Shown here: one piece after another, positions 17,407 through 30,389 of the stretch
How the letters are laid out: each line of letters opens with the position of its first letter
How positions within the stretch are numbered: the stretch's first letter is position 1
From: the human T2T-CHM13v2.0 reference genome, Homo sapiens
Strand: one strand, 5' to 3'
Assembly: GCF_009914755.1 (NCBI RefSeq)
Contig: NC_060926.1
Length of the DNA: 64,000 bases
The notes under the pieces: generated by a model
Databases searched by the model: none
Told to the model about the DNA's origin: nothing
Seen by the model: only the letters and a program-made list of their open reading frames with translations
Program-made: the position numbers and the translations under genes

Positions 17407-19604
17407 TGCTAAAAACTCTCAATAAACTAGGTGTTGATGGACTATCTCAAAATAATAAGAGCTATTTATGACAAATCCATTGCCAATATCGTACTGAATG
17501 GGCAAAACCTGGAAGCATTCCCTTTGAAAACCGGCACAAGACAAAAATGCCCTCTCTAACCACTCCTATTCAACATAGTATTGGAAGTTAGGCCAGGGCA
17601 ATCAGGCAAGGGAAAGAAATGAAGGTTACTCACATACAAAGAGAGGAAGTCAAATTGTCTCTGTTTGCAGATGACATGATGCTATATTTAGAAAACCCCA
17701 TTGTCTCAGCCCAAAAACTCCTTAAGGCGATAAGCAACTTCAGCAAAGTCTCAGGATACAAAATCAGTGTGCAAAAATCACAAGCATTCCTATATGCCAA
17801 TAATAGACAAACAGAGAGCCAAATTATGAATGAACTCCCATTCACATTTGCTACAAAGAGAATAAAATACTTAGGAATATAACTTACAAGGGAAATGAAA
17901 GACCTCTTCAAGGAGAACTACAAACTACTGCTCACGGAAATAAGAGAGGGCACAAACATATGGGAAAAAAAATCCATGCTCATAGATAGGAAGAATCAAT
18001 ATCATAAAAATGGTCATACTGCCTAAAGTAATTTATAGATTTAATGCTATTCCCATCAAGCTACCATTGACTTTCTTCGCAGAATTAGAAAAAAACTGTA
18101 AATTTCATTTTGGAACCAAAAAGAAGCTCATATAGCCAAGACAATTCTAAGCAAAAAGAACAAAGCTGGAGGCATCATGCTACCTGACTTCAAACTATAC
18201 TACAAGGCTACAGTAACCAAAACAGCATGGTACAGGTACTAAAACAGATATATAGACCAATGGAACAGAACAGAGACCTCAGAATTAACACCACACTTCT
18301 ACAACCATCTGATCTTAGACAAACATGACAAAAAAAAGCAATGGGGAAAGGATTTCCTGTTTAATAAACGGTGCTGGGAAAACTGGCTAGCCATGTGCAG
18401 GAAACAAAAACTGGACCCCTTCCTTATACCTTATACCAAAATTAACTCTTAGTGAGTTAAAGACTTAAATGTAAAACCTAAAGCCATAAAAACCCTAGAA
18501 AAAAACCTAGGCAATACCATTCAGGACATAGGCATGGGCAAAGACTTCATGACTAAAACACCGAAAGCAATGGGAACAAAAGCCAAAATTGACAAATGGG
18601 ATCTAATTAAACTAAAGAGCTTCTGCACAGCAAAAGAAACTATCATCAGAATGAACAGGCAGACTACAGAATGGGAGAACATTTTTGCAATCTATCCATC
18701 TGACACAAGTCTAATATCTGGATTCTACAAGAACTTAAAACAAATTTACAAGAAAAAAACAACAAACCCCATCAAAAAGTGAGAGAAGGATCTCAACAGG
18801 TACTTCTCAAAGGAAGACATTGATAGGGCCAACAAACATATGAAAAACAGCGAATCATCACTAATCGTTAGAGAAATGTATATCAAAACCACAATGAGAT
18901 ACCATCTCACGCCAGTTAGAATGGTGATCACTAAAAAGTCAGAAAACAACAGATGCTGATGAAGATGTGGAGAAATAGGAATGCTTTTACCCTGTTGGTG
19001 GGGGTGTAAATTAGTTCAACTATTGTAGAAGACAGTGTGGCTATTACTCAAGGATCTAGAACCAGAAATACCATTGAATCCAGCAATCCCATTACTGAGT
19101 ATATACCCAAAGGATTATAAGTCATTCTAGTATAAAGACACATGTATGTTTATTGCAGCACTGTTCACAATAGCAAAGACTTGGAACCAGCCCAAATGCC
19201 CATCAATGATAGACTGGATACAGAAAATGTGGTACATATATACCATGGAATACTATGCAGCCGTAAAAAAGAATGAGTTAATGTCCTTTGCAGGACATGG
19301 ATGAAGCTGGAAGCCATCATTCTCAGCAAACTAACACAGTAACAGAAAACCAAACACCACATGTTCTTACTCATAAGTGGGAGCTGAACAATTAGAACGC
19401 ATGGACACGGGGAGGGGAAGTTCATACACTGGGGCCTGTTGTGGGCTGCAGAGGCAAGGGAAAGGAGAGCATTAGGACAAATACCTAATGCATGCGGGGC
19501 TTAAAACCTAGCTGATGCGTTGACAGGTGCAGCAAATCACCATGGCACATGTATACCTATGTAACAAACCTGCATGTTCTGCACATGTATCTCAGAACTT
19601 AAAA
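17407..19604 (+). mobile_element. L1PA8-like LINE-1, 5'-truncated (ORF2 3' half plus 3'UTR)
   Basis: Degenerate ORF2 with LFADD in ORF 17619-17882. 3'UTR gcatgcggggcttaaaaccta. TSD aaaatacgcatgttt (17392-17406) / agaatacacatgttt (19605-19619), 13/15 identical. Confidence 0.92.
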
Positions 19605-20163
19605 AGAATACACATGTTTACATGTGTGTATATATACATATATATTTTAACCTTGTAACATAATATCTCTCCTATAATCTAGAAAAAAACTCATCTTCCG
19701 ATGATATTTAATTTTTTAATTTTATAACATTTATAATTTGCAATTGAATGAAAGTTGTATGTGCATCACTTAGGTATAATAAAATAAGCATGTATTTCCA
19801 TCTAAGAATTATAATTTCTGCTTGATATCTCCTAATCTCAATTATTCTTGTGGTTTCAGGTTACATGTCAATCAGTGAAGCATTCCCTTATCTGTCACTG
19901 TAAATCAGTTGCTTCTGTTACTTTTTACAATTGCACTTTTTTCCATAATGTGTCACAGTTGGTATTTAGAAATGTTTATTATATACCTTCTTTTCTAGAA
20001 TGTAAGCTCCCTGAGAGTAGAGTCCATGTCTGTTTTTTTCATTACTCTTGTTCATCTAATACTGTGCATGTCACGTTGTAAATTTTTCATACATATAAAT
20101 TTATTAATAATTATTGAGAATAAGCAAAGCTCTAAAAGTTGATGACATACAGGCAGTTATTAG

Positions 20164-20526
<363 letters not shown>

Positions 20527-20640
20527 TAATGGTCATTTTAAATCACAAAAAATGGACATTGTAGGAGGAGCAGTCTGAAGATTTATTCAATGGAAGAAGA
20601 AAGTACTGAACTTCCCCCATGTATTCAATGAGTGTGTATA

Positions 20641-21350
20641 TAGTTGTTCCTCAGTATCCATGGGGAATGGATTTCAGGACTCCTCTTGGATACTAAAATA
20701 CACAAATCTCAAGTCCTTTATATAAAATGACATAGTACAGCTATAAAATATGATGAGTTCATGTCCTTTGTAGGGACATGGATGAAGCTGGAAACCATCA
20801 TTCTCAGCCAACTATCACAAGGACAAAAAACCAAACACCGCATGTTCTCACTCATAGATGGGAATTGAACAATGAGATCACATGGACACAGGAAGGGGAA
20901 CATCACACACCGGGGCCTGTTGTGGGGTAGGGAGAGGGGGGAGGGATGGCATTAGGAGATATACCCAATGTTAAATGACGAGTTAATGGGTGCAGCACAG
21001 CAACATGGCACATGTATATATACGTAACAAACCTGCACGTTGTGCACATGTACCCTAAAACTTAAAGTATAATAAAAATAAATAAATAAATAATAAAATA
21101 AAATGGCATAGTATTTGCATATCATTTAATGATATCCTCCTATATACTTTGTCATATCTAGATTACTTATAATACCTAATACAATGCCTGCTTACACATC
21201 ACTTCATTTTTGTAGATTCAGTGTAGTGCTTGGTACACAGCAAATTCAAGTTTTGCTTTTAGAAACTGTGGAATATTTTCCGCAAATATTTTCCATCTAT
21301 GGTTGGTTAAATCCATGAATGCAGAACCCATGGATATGAAGGGCCAGCTA
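20641..21350 (+). mobile_element. MER2/MER2B (TcMar-Tigger) DNA transposon interrupted by an L1
   Basis: Imperfect terminal inverted repeats (tagttgttcctcagtatccatggg / cccatggatatgaagggccagcta) flanked by TA. Confidence 0.8.
20738..21099 (+). mobile_element. L1PA4-like 3' end (about 360 bp)
   Basis: ORF2 end, 3'UTR and A-rich tail. TSD aaaatg[a/g]catagta at 20724-20737 and 21100-21113. Confidence 0.92.
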
Positions 21351-21359
21351 TATATTTGG

Positions 21360-21450
21360 GTGTGTGTGCACACGTGTGTGTGTGTATATATATATGTATA
21401 TGTATGTATTAGATGTGTATATGTATGTATGTGTGTGCGTATGTGTGTGT
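21360..21450. repeat. (TG)/(TA) alternating purine-pyrimidine low-complexity tract
   Basis: Visible directly. Confidence 0.8.
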
Positions 21451-21888
21451 AGAGAGGGAAAAAGAGGGGGAAGGAAGAGAGAAAGAGTACATTAAACATG
21501 ACATCCTTGTGAAGAGGAAAAGGAATTATTAAAAATAAACGCAAGAACAATAAAGAAAGAACTATAAGAGAGGTGGGAGGAAAAATGGAAGTCATGGGAG
21601 AGGGGGTTTCAAGAACAAAATGTTGGGGTTTAGAAGGGACACCCTTCTTCTATACCTAGGTTTTGCTCAATAAAGAAAACTTAAGGACACAAAGATAACT
21701 TTACTAGTGATGGAGTCCAGGAGCCAAGTGAGATTTAAATAGTCCTATTAACAGGAATTTAGAATTAGGTCAATTTAACTTCTCTGATCACAGTCAACTC
21801 TCTGTCTGTCTAGGCTGATGTGGGTGACTGAATGTGTGAAACTTGGGTATAGGGAAGCAGAAAAGAATGCAAGCTTTCTGTAGGCAGC

Positions 21889-22233
21889 TGATACGGTTTG
21901 GATCTGTGTCCCCAGCCAAATCTCATGTTGAAATGTAATCCCCAGTGCTGGAAGTGGGGCCTGGTGGGAGGTGATTAGATCATGGGGGCAGTTTCTAATG
22001 GTTTAGCACCATCCTCCTAGTGCTGCTCTTGTGATAGAGTTCTCATGAGACCTGGTTGTTTAAACGTGTGTGGCACCTCCACGCTGTCTCTCCCTCCTGC
22101 TCTGGAAGCTGAGCAGATGCCAGCATCATGTTTCCTGCACAGCCTGCATAACCGTGAGCCAATTAAACCTCTTTTCTTTATAAATCACCCAGTCTCAGGT
22201 ATATCTTTATAGCAAGGTCAGAATGGACTAATA
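21889..22233 (+). mobile_element. MSTA solo LTR with an internal deletion
   Basis: Starts tgatacggtttgg and ends ggactaata. 5-bp TSD GCAGC at 21884-21888 and 22234-22238. ATTAAA signal present. Confidence 0.9.
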
Positions 22234-22846
22234 GCAGCTTCACCCCCAAGAAAAAGAAGAAGCTGGAGATAAGCCCAACATGTGTGGTTTTCCTACAAAA
22301 TTTACAAATCAGGTAAGTCGCATCATCTCTCCAAGATTAGATTGAGTAAAGGGAAAATTGAAGGCCTTGAGTTATATTAACTGAGCCTTCTTCACAGGAA
22401 AAAGATGTCAGGAGTTGGGAAGAAGTGTTTTCCACCTAATAAGCAGCATTGGAATTAGATAAAAGAAAGCTATCATTATTATAAGAACTAGAAAATGGCT
22501 ATCAAATTTGGAGCGTGTAATTGATAGACATTGTGACTATTTTAGTATAATGGCAAGAATTGGGACAAAGGCCAGGTTAAATGCCCTAAGGATAAAAACA
22601 CTGGTGACAAAGTAGAAGCAGCTGTTATAAACTGCTTGTTACAATTAAAGAGAAGAGAAAAAAATCTATAATAGAATATATTGGTAGGAATGGTGTTGTT
22701 ACTCGACTTAAGAAGGTTCTTTTCAACTCTGAAACTCAGAGGGAGTTAGTATTACAGAATGAAAGATTGAGGATGCTAGAGAGATAGAATAATTGAAGTA
22801 GAAAGGCTTCAAAAAGTTAGAAGGCAATAAGATCATGAATTCTTAC

Positions 22847-23212
22847 TGTCAAAGTCCATTTTTGTTGCTGTAACAGAACATCTGAGATGAGGTAATTTAG
22901 GTTGCCTCTGGTGGCTTCTGGTAAGGGCCCTGTGTTTCCTCAAAAACATGGTGGAGAATTGGAAGGGACGTGTGAAAAAAGGCAAAATACCAGAGGTTAC
23001 CTTGCATTATAATGACCTGATCTTGTGGGACCTACTCCATTCCCACAAGAGCAAAAATTCATTCCAAAAAGACTACTGTATTAATCCCTTCATGAGGGGA
23101 GATCTCTTATGACCTGAATGCCTCTTAAAGGTCCCACCACCTCTTAACACTGTTCCATTGAGGAGCAAGCCTCTACATGAGTACCGGGGACAACCCATAT
23201 TCAAAACATAGA
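22847..23212 (-). mobile_element. MSTC/MLT1A-like MaLR solo LTR
   Basis: agtccatttttgttgctgtaacagaa...taatcccttcatgaggg...cctcttaaaggtcccacc...catattcaaaacatag. Confidence 0.7.
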
Positions 23213-25339
23213 AATTCCCATCAATTTCCTTTTTTGTCTAAAGCAAATTCAAGATTTCACACAACCAAAACCTTTAATTGATCCATTGGCATTTGGCAAA
23301 TTCCTACTTGTTCTTTGCTATATGGTATGAATATTCTACCAGGGAGACAGCTTTTAGAAATAATAACACAATGACCTTTTATTAATGTACATTTTTTGAT
23401 GAATATATTTACCTTAAGAAAACTTTTTTTAACAAAGAAGCTTATTCTATGATGCACTTTTACATTATGCAAGAACCTCCTTATTTTAAAATATTATTAC
23501 TTTGTATGATCTATTTTCCTTTGTGTATAGAGAATACTTCTGACTTCTAAACAACAGGGTGAATTCCATAATTTGATCCTATAGTAATGGAATTGTATGA
23601 AGTTTCTGTGCTTTCACTTTTATTTCTAGTCTAACCAATTTTAGCTGGTACAGTGGTGCCAGCACCTAATAAATTGACTTGACACATAGAGGAAGTCATT
23701 TAGCATTCTTGGCCTCATTCACAGTTATTTAAGAACTTTGAATTGAAGTTTCAACTAGCTAAGATGCTATAGTTGCTTCTTGTTAAAATTTAAAAAGAAA
23801 ATAAAATTATTTACCTTCATCTTTCACTGGTTAGATATGAGCTGCCTCCTTTGAAATCTCCTACATTTCCTACATCAAGAATGACTATTTAGTCTCATTT
23901 TAAGAGTATAATTGAACTGAAAAGAAATACTATGAATGAACCTGAATTTGTAGGTAGAACCATGTACAGTCTGTTCTAAAGAGACTGAGGGCCCTTTAAA
24001 TAAATAGACCCGTGAGTTTCCTCCAATTGCTATCAAAAACGCGTATAGGTAGGTCTGCTTCCATTGTAACTAAATTCTATTCTTGCTAACAAAAGTCCTG
24101 TCTATTAGTTTCTTGAATAAGCTCTGGTATTTTACAAAGAAATGCATCCTTTGGCTTGGGTCATAAAAGATTTTCTTGGGTGCAGAATGAAATATACATT
24201 TACTAAGGTGTTTTATTACGCCATGGTTGGAATCAATCTCTCCCTGCTTTATGCTTCCTTAGCACGTTGTAAGTGCCTCCATTACAGCACTTATCACCAT
24301 CTGCCTCCATTCAGAATTGTTAATGTATGTTTTTGGATTTTGAGCTCCTGAAGGGCAAGGACCGTGCCTTTCTCATTTTATATCTTTCCTAATGCTGTAT
24401 GCAGTGACTTGCATTTAGTTGGTACTAAATAAATGTTTATTAAATTGACTGAGTAGGGGTCATATACTTAGAAATAGACTGCTGTTCTTTGAAAGGCATG
24501 TTTTATTTTTTAATCTTGGTTGCAAGGAAAATTTGGAAAAACCAAATAGACTGCAATACTATGGGGGACTTACACAGAGCAGAAGTACACACCCTTCGCT
24601 AGCCTTCTTTGGTGTCCATTTTAATACACATTGGCATGTATTATTTACATGTATTCTGGTATAAAGACATTGATTTTGAAGTCAGGTAATGCTGAAATCT
24701 AATTCTTTTTACTCACTTCCTACACACCCAATTCCATGTGATTTACCTAACTTCTGTGAGCCAAAATTTCCTACCTGTAAAATAGGAGCAATAGTATCAG
24801 TTTCATATAATGTCTGAGAGTCAAATAGGAAATGTATAAAAATAGGCTAGCACATTCTGGGAGCTAAGTAAACAGAGTCACCATCTATTTCTTTTTCTCA
24901 TTCTTTAGTCTAAAATTGTTAGTGAATTATGATCCTTTATATGTGGAAAGTTTTCATTTGATAATGACTTATTGAACACTGATGGTGTCAGTGCCTGGGC
25001 TAAGCACCTCCATTCTCCTATCTGGGGTTTATCAGCTTCTTCCTCTCCTCTACAAGGACCATTGTAGCAATTCCAACGATCCTTGGGATTTTAGAAACCC
25101 AGTTTGAAAACAACTACTGCATAGGATGAAGTATACCTGGAAGGCTTTTAACAGGTTATAAAATGAAATGGAAATGGGGATAGCAGTCCTTTGGGCATTG
25201 AATTTGAGTTTTTAACTCTACAGAATATCTGTTGTTGCTATCCGAGGTCCCATTTCAATTAGTGTGTGTCTTTTGAGGCCAAAATCTTTGAAAATAAATA
25301 AAAAATTTGTTCCATATATCTGGATGTCAGGCAATTTGA

Positions 25340-27190
25340 CTGAAGTTGTTTCTTATCTGGCTACTATTTCAGATCTCATTCATAAAGTCTGTGCAAGGCT
25401 TTAAAAGTGTAAACATATTATAGTATTGTACCTACCTTTAGGAGTCTCACAATCTAGGGAAGGTGACAGCAGATGACTTAGTAATTATAATATGTTATGG
25501 TAATTAATATAATGTCAGGGGAAGGCAAGCAGTTCATAGCAGGGAAATCATGACAGAACATGATAATGGTGTTGAATATGAGACTGATGGAAATTAATCA
25601 GAGAAACTTGGGGAGAAGAGAGCTAGCCTGGGCAAAATAGACAGCAGGCTAGAGGAATAGCATGGGCACAAGCCTGTTGGGAGGACCTCAAGTATATGAG
25701 TATTGTCCATGAAGATCGTGCATCAGATGTATCAGTCAGGGTTCAGCCAGGGAATATTACCAAATCAGGAATTTATTATAAGGATTAGACTTACACAATT
25801 ATAGGAGGAGGTGGGAAAGTGAAGGTTCAAAAAGGAGAGTTGAAGAATCAGAAAAATGTCACTAGCCTTGGAATGAAGCTGGCAAGAAAACCTGGGAGGT
25901 AGCAGCAGCTTCTGGAGTAGAGTTGCAAGGGAGGGTTGGTATAAAAGGCTGCAGATATTTGTTAGTTAGTGTGGCTACCACCTGAGTGAATTTGCAGCAG
26001 AGTGTCTGCTGTGGGGCCTGAAGCCTCTGTCACTTAGCAGAGTTGGCAGTCATGAATGAGAACTTGACATGGAATAGAGAGAGACCAAGCTGGAACTTTC
26101 CAGCACCTGTGCATCTCTGTCATCACCTCTAACTATCGATGACCTCAGAATGTAATAGCGTTTGCTTTACTTCTCCCTCCTAAATGACTCATGATCTTGC
26201 CTTCAGTCCGTTTTTACCTGAAACTCTATAGAAAAAGAGGATTCTAGAAAATGTAGTTCCCAGTGTAGCCAACTTGACAACAGAACATCTGGCACACCAG
26301 AGCTTGGTGGTATGCAACTCTAAGTGAAAAAGTTGATATGAACCTAATAAAAAAGCCTTTATTTCCTAAGTAAAAGAATTTTACCCTTAAGACATTTAAT
26401 TGCCAATTATAACTTTTAATTAAGAAAGTAACATGGTCAGTTTTGCATTTAGACTGTGAAAGACGAACAGTTAAGGCCTGGGGTTGAAGGTAGGGTGGTG
26501 ATCTCTCAAAGCAAGGAGGCTGTTGTACTTATCCAGACGAGAGAAGATGATGGCCTGACCTAAAACAGTAGTTGTCAGGAAGTCAGAGGAAATTGGGACA
26601 ATACTCATTTTTCTGGTTTGAGAGATTGTGTGGATGATAATGAGATACATTGCATTGGGAGTTTAGTAGGAGGAAGCAATTGATGAAGAAGAAAGTTGAA
26701 GAGGTTCATTTTGGACATAGAGAACAACCATGTAGAGTTAACTAAGCAGTGGACAGTTAGAAATTCAGATTTAGAGCTTAGAAAGGAGATATGGAGTGAA
26801 TATATAGATTTATTAGTTGTCAGCACAGAGATGGTGGTTGAAGCCATAAATGGGATTGGCCATGGAGACTGCATCACATGGGAACACAGGAGGGTTAAGA
26901 TGAAACCCAAGGCAGCACCAACATTTAAAGAGAACACGGAGGGGAGCCAACAAAGGCAACAGGGAAGGAGTGAGCAGGAAACTGTGAATAAAAGCAGGAG
27001 TCTGGTGGATAACAGAGTATTTTCAAATGAACGGAAGGCTAATTGTGTTAAACTCAACATAATGTAAGAAGAACGTAGAGAAATTTGTTTTTTAGTGAAG
27101 TGATAAAACTAGAGCATGGTTTGAGAATGAATGAATAATGAGAAAATGGAGAATCAGTGTAGGTTATTCCATCAAGAATTTTGGCCATGA
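25340..27190 (+). mobile_element. LINE-2 remnant interrupted by an LTR
   Basis: Purine-rich L2-type phrases (ggagtctcacaatctaggg; gagagaagatgatggcctgac; gttcattttggacat; cagagatggtggttgaagccat). Confidence 0.6.
25728..26296 (-). mobile_element. ERVL-class solo LTR (MLT2/LTR40-like)
   Basis: tgtatcagtcagggttc...ggcaca termini. Flanks tcaga (25723-25727) / ccaga (26297-26301). Minus-strand AATAAA near 25773. Confidence 0.65.
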
Positions 27191-29349
27191 ATTAGAAAGA
27201 AATACATAGTATTAAGGATATATGTGTGTGTGTGTGCTTGTGTGTGCGTGTCGGGTTTGTTCCCAAATGGGAAGATTTAGTATGTATAAATGCAAAGGGA
27301 AGAAGTAAATGTGAAGTTGTTTTTCAATGACTTTAATCTTTCAATGACTATAGTAACTGTTTCTTAGTACTGTTTGTTGTTTATTCTAAGTGTATGATTT
27401 ATGTAACTGAACTGAGCTGTGAGAAATATAGCCATGATGCTAATAGACTGACTAGATTGAAATGTGTCACCATTGACAATCTCGTTCTACACATAGAATA
27501 GTTAATGTGAAAAAGTTACTTTTAGAAGGCCAATTGTAATATCTGCAGTTGGCTTAGCTCTTCCTCTGGTACAGGATGGCAGCAAAGTGCCAAAGTGCTT
27601 TACAAATCTTCATTTGGTAGAGGTTTGAAGCTAGTAGCATCAAATTTTTTAACCCCTTAAAGTTGAACATAATTTTTGATTTGATTTTTTATTATGGATG
27701 ATGATTAAAGGAAATTCTACCTATATATTACAAATATGAGAATGAACAAGAAGCCAAGTGTTTTTCCACATAGGTCTTATAGGACATGAATTATTTACCA
27801 TCTTATAGTCAGATTAATATCTATTTTCTATGTTTACAATGTTCAGCCATGGGCAATTCTGCATTCACAAAAGTCTCAGATTTGAATAGAAGTGTATCAT
27901 GCTAGTGGCTCCATAAGCACATGCGAAGAACAAGCTCTTTAATGAAGCATGAGTTTTATTCCCACTAAGCCTGACAATGTTCAGTATGATCTCTACATGT
28001 GGTACATCAAATTAGAGATTTATCACCTCTATTATTATGTATAGCTCCTATGTAAAGAATCATTCGTAACTATCATGAGGCCAAATTCTTCCCTCATGCA
28101 TATCATTCCATGAAAAGCCACTCAAATTTTACTACGGCCAATTCCAAGGGGACTCTTCTTTTGTCGTATTGAAGCTAGATTTACATTTTTCCTTGGACTA
28201 CATGAACTCTTGGCTGGAGTTGAAACATGCTGAGATTTCAGCTGAATTGGTATTTGTTGGAATATGATTTGGCTTAGTATTATGTATACAGATTTTGACT
28301 CGTAATTACGTTGGAGGTTAACCTAGAAACCTAAAAATGAAGAAAATCTCAGATAATATGTTTTAAAATCCATTTCTAATAAATTAGCTCTTAATGACCA
28401 AAACAGGATTTCTTAGCCTTCTTTTTTCAGACTGTTTAGTAAACAAGCTTGCACCGTGGAAATGTGCTTTCCTTTACCTGAATCGCAAATATATTGTTTA
28501 TTTTTAGACAGATGTTAGTTAATTGAAACTAATTACATTTCCAGAGCAATCCTAGCATCTGGAGCCAGCTAGGCTGAAAAGAATAGCTGAACTGAAGCAT
28601 GGTGTTGTCCCTGCCTTTATTCAGCTGCTGCTGGAGGAGAAAGATTAGTAGTAAAAGCACTTTTAAGTCAAATAATCCAATTCAGTTCCTTTCCTTAATT
28701 TTAATTTTTTTGTAATTGCCAGTAATATCCTGCCTAAATATTGTTAAGCAGGGTTGCCATATTTAGGATCAAGAAAAAATATTAAAAACATTTGAATTAA
28801 AAGCAGCATAGAGATTGTGTATTACTTTTTGCTTAGTCAAATGTTTTGTGATGCCCTGCTTGCATTGTGTTAATGCCTGGGATGTTGTCTCATATGGTTG
28901 TAGTTCTAAGCCATAGCCATCACAGTTTGCATCCCAGAAAAAAAGTTTAGAGTTTTTAGTTATGAACTCTGATTAAGAGTGTTTTAATGAAAAGACTCAG
29001 AAAAGATTCAAGTTGCCCTATTTTAAAAATCACAAATTGTTTCCTTAACTTCCAAAAGCCTGAAAAGTATTTTTAGTGACTCTTAGTCATCGATCATTTT
29101 CATGTGAGTTCATTGTTCAGTTAAAGAGCCTTGTCAGATACAGAGAGTGATTTTTGCCACCTTGGCAGCAGTCTGACAAATGATAGAAAATATTTGGCCT
29201 CATGATGGCAATGTGTTCATTCTGGACTAGCTGATATAGAGTTAGACTTGAAGCCGCCCTAAATACCTAAAGCAAAAGGTAACCACTCGTCCAATAGTAA
29301 GTGAGTGAGTGAATGAATGAGTGAATGAAATAATTATTATGGATCCTAT

Positions 29350-30307
29350 TGTTGAGAAAAACTCTCAAACTATTTTCCTTCACTCTCATACAATGACAAC
29401 AATCAACAGAAGACTTCTATGACCCTAAAATATGTTAACCTCCACCAGCAAGCAAGCAATCTGCTCTGCAATGAACACAGGCTGGGCGTCCTCCATTTCA
29501 ATTCCAACACTATCTATCTGGAGAGAGCATCAGGTTCCATAGGTTGAAGCCTCAGTCCTCAAGTCTGTCCCTTAAGGACACCAGTTGCAAGCCTGACCAA
29601 TTGGTTTCCAGTTGGGATTCCCATGACCCCATCTTTGGGTTTGATTAGGTTGCGAGAGCAGCTTACAGAACTTAGGGAAACACATTTACTGGTTTATTAC
29701 AAACAATATTTTAAATATATGTATAAACAGCTGGACTAAGAGGTACATAGGGTGAGTTCTGGACAGGTCCCAAGAACTCAGGAGCTTGTGTCCTCATGGA
29801 GTTGGGGTGCACCACATCTCAGCATGTGTATGAGTTCTTATTCACCTTCCTGTCAGCCTCCACGTGTTCAGCTCTCTGGAAGCCCCCACCCCCTGTTCTC
29901 TTGGGCCTTTTGTGGAGAATGCATTGGGATAGGCACAATTGTCATGTCAGCCATGTACAAATGTGTTAAGACAAGGGTATGACCTAAACCCAACAAGGCC
30001 TGTCTGCTCAGACTCTTCTTGGCCTCTCTGTGCAACATTCCTTCCTCCAGAGTATAGGGCAGGACCCCCTCTGGAATAAGGATTTTATGACCCACAATCA
30101 GATTAGAGTTCTTCAGTGGGCAGGTGAAAGGAGGGCAGAGAGGGGGATTCTGTTTACTATAACAAGGACTATGGGTGTTATGAGCCAGAAACCATGAACT
30201 AAACCATAAACCTATCTATCTATCTATCTACATATATAGGTTTAATTCTGTTTACCATAACAAGGACTATGGGAGTTATGAGCCAGAAACCATGAACAAA
30301 ACCATAA

Positions 30308-30352
<45 letters not shown>

Positions 30353-30389
30353 GGTTTAATGTACATAAATATGTATAGTATATATAACA
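29350..30389 (-). mobile_element. MER21-like ERVL solo LTR
   Basis: TG...CA termini. Perfect 5-bp TSD CCTAT at 29345-29349 and 30390-30394. MER21-type motifs (cttacagaacttagggaaacacatttactggtttatt). Confidence 0.8.
30147..30358. repeat. Tandem duplication (98 bp + 114 bp), each copy containing a (TATC)n STR; (TATC)10 at 30311-30350
   Basis: attctgtttac...aacaaggactatggg.gttatgagccagaaaccatgaac.aaaccataaa appears at 30147 and again at 30245. Confidence 0.95.

Noticed and set aside
30147-30358. CRISPR-like repeat-spacer array
   Set aside because: Only two copies, the spacers are microsatellites, the context is a eukaryotic LTR and there are no cas genes.
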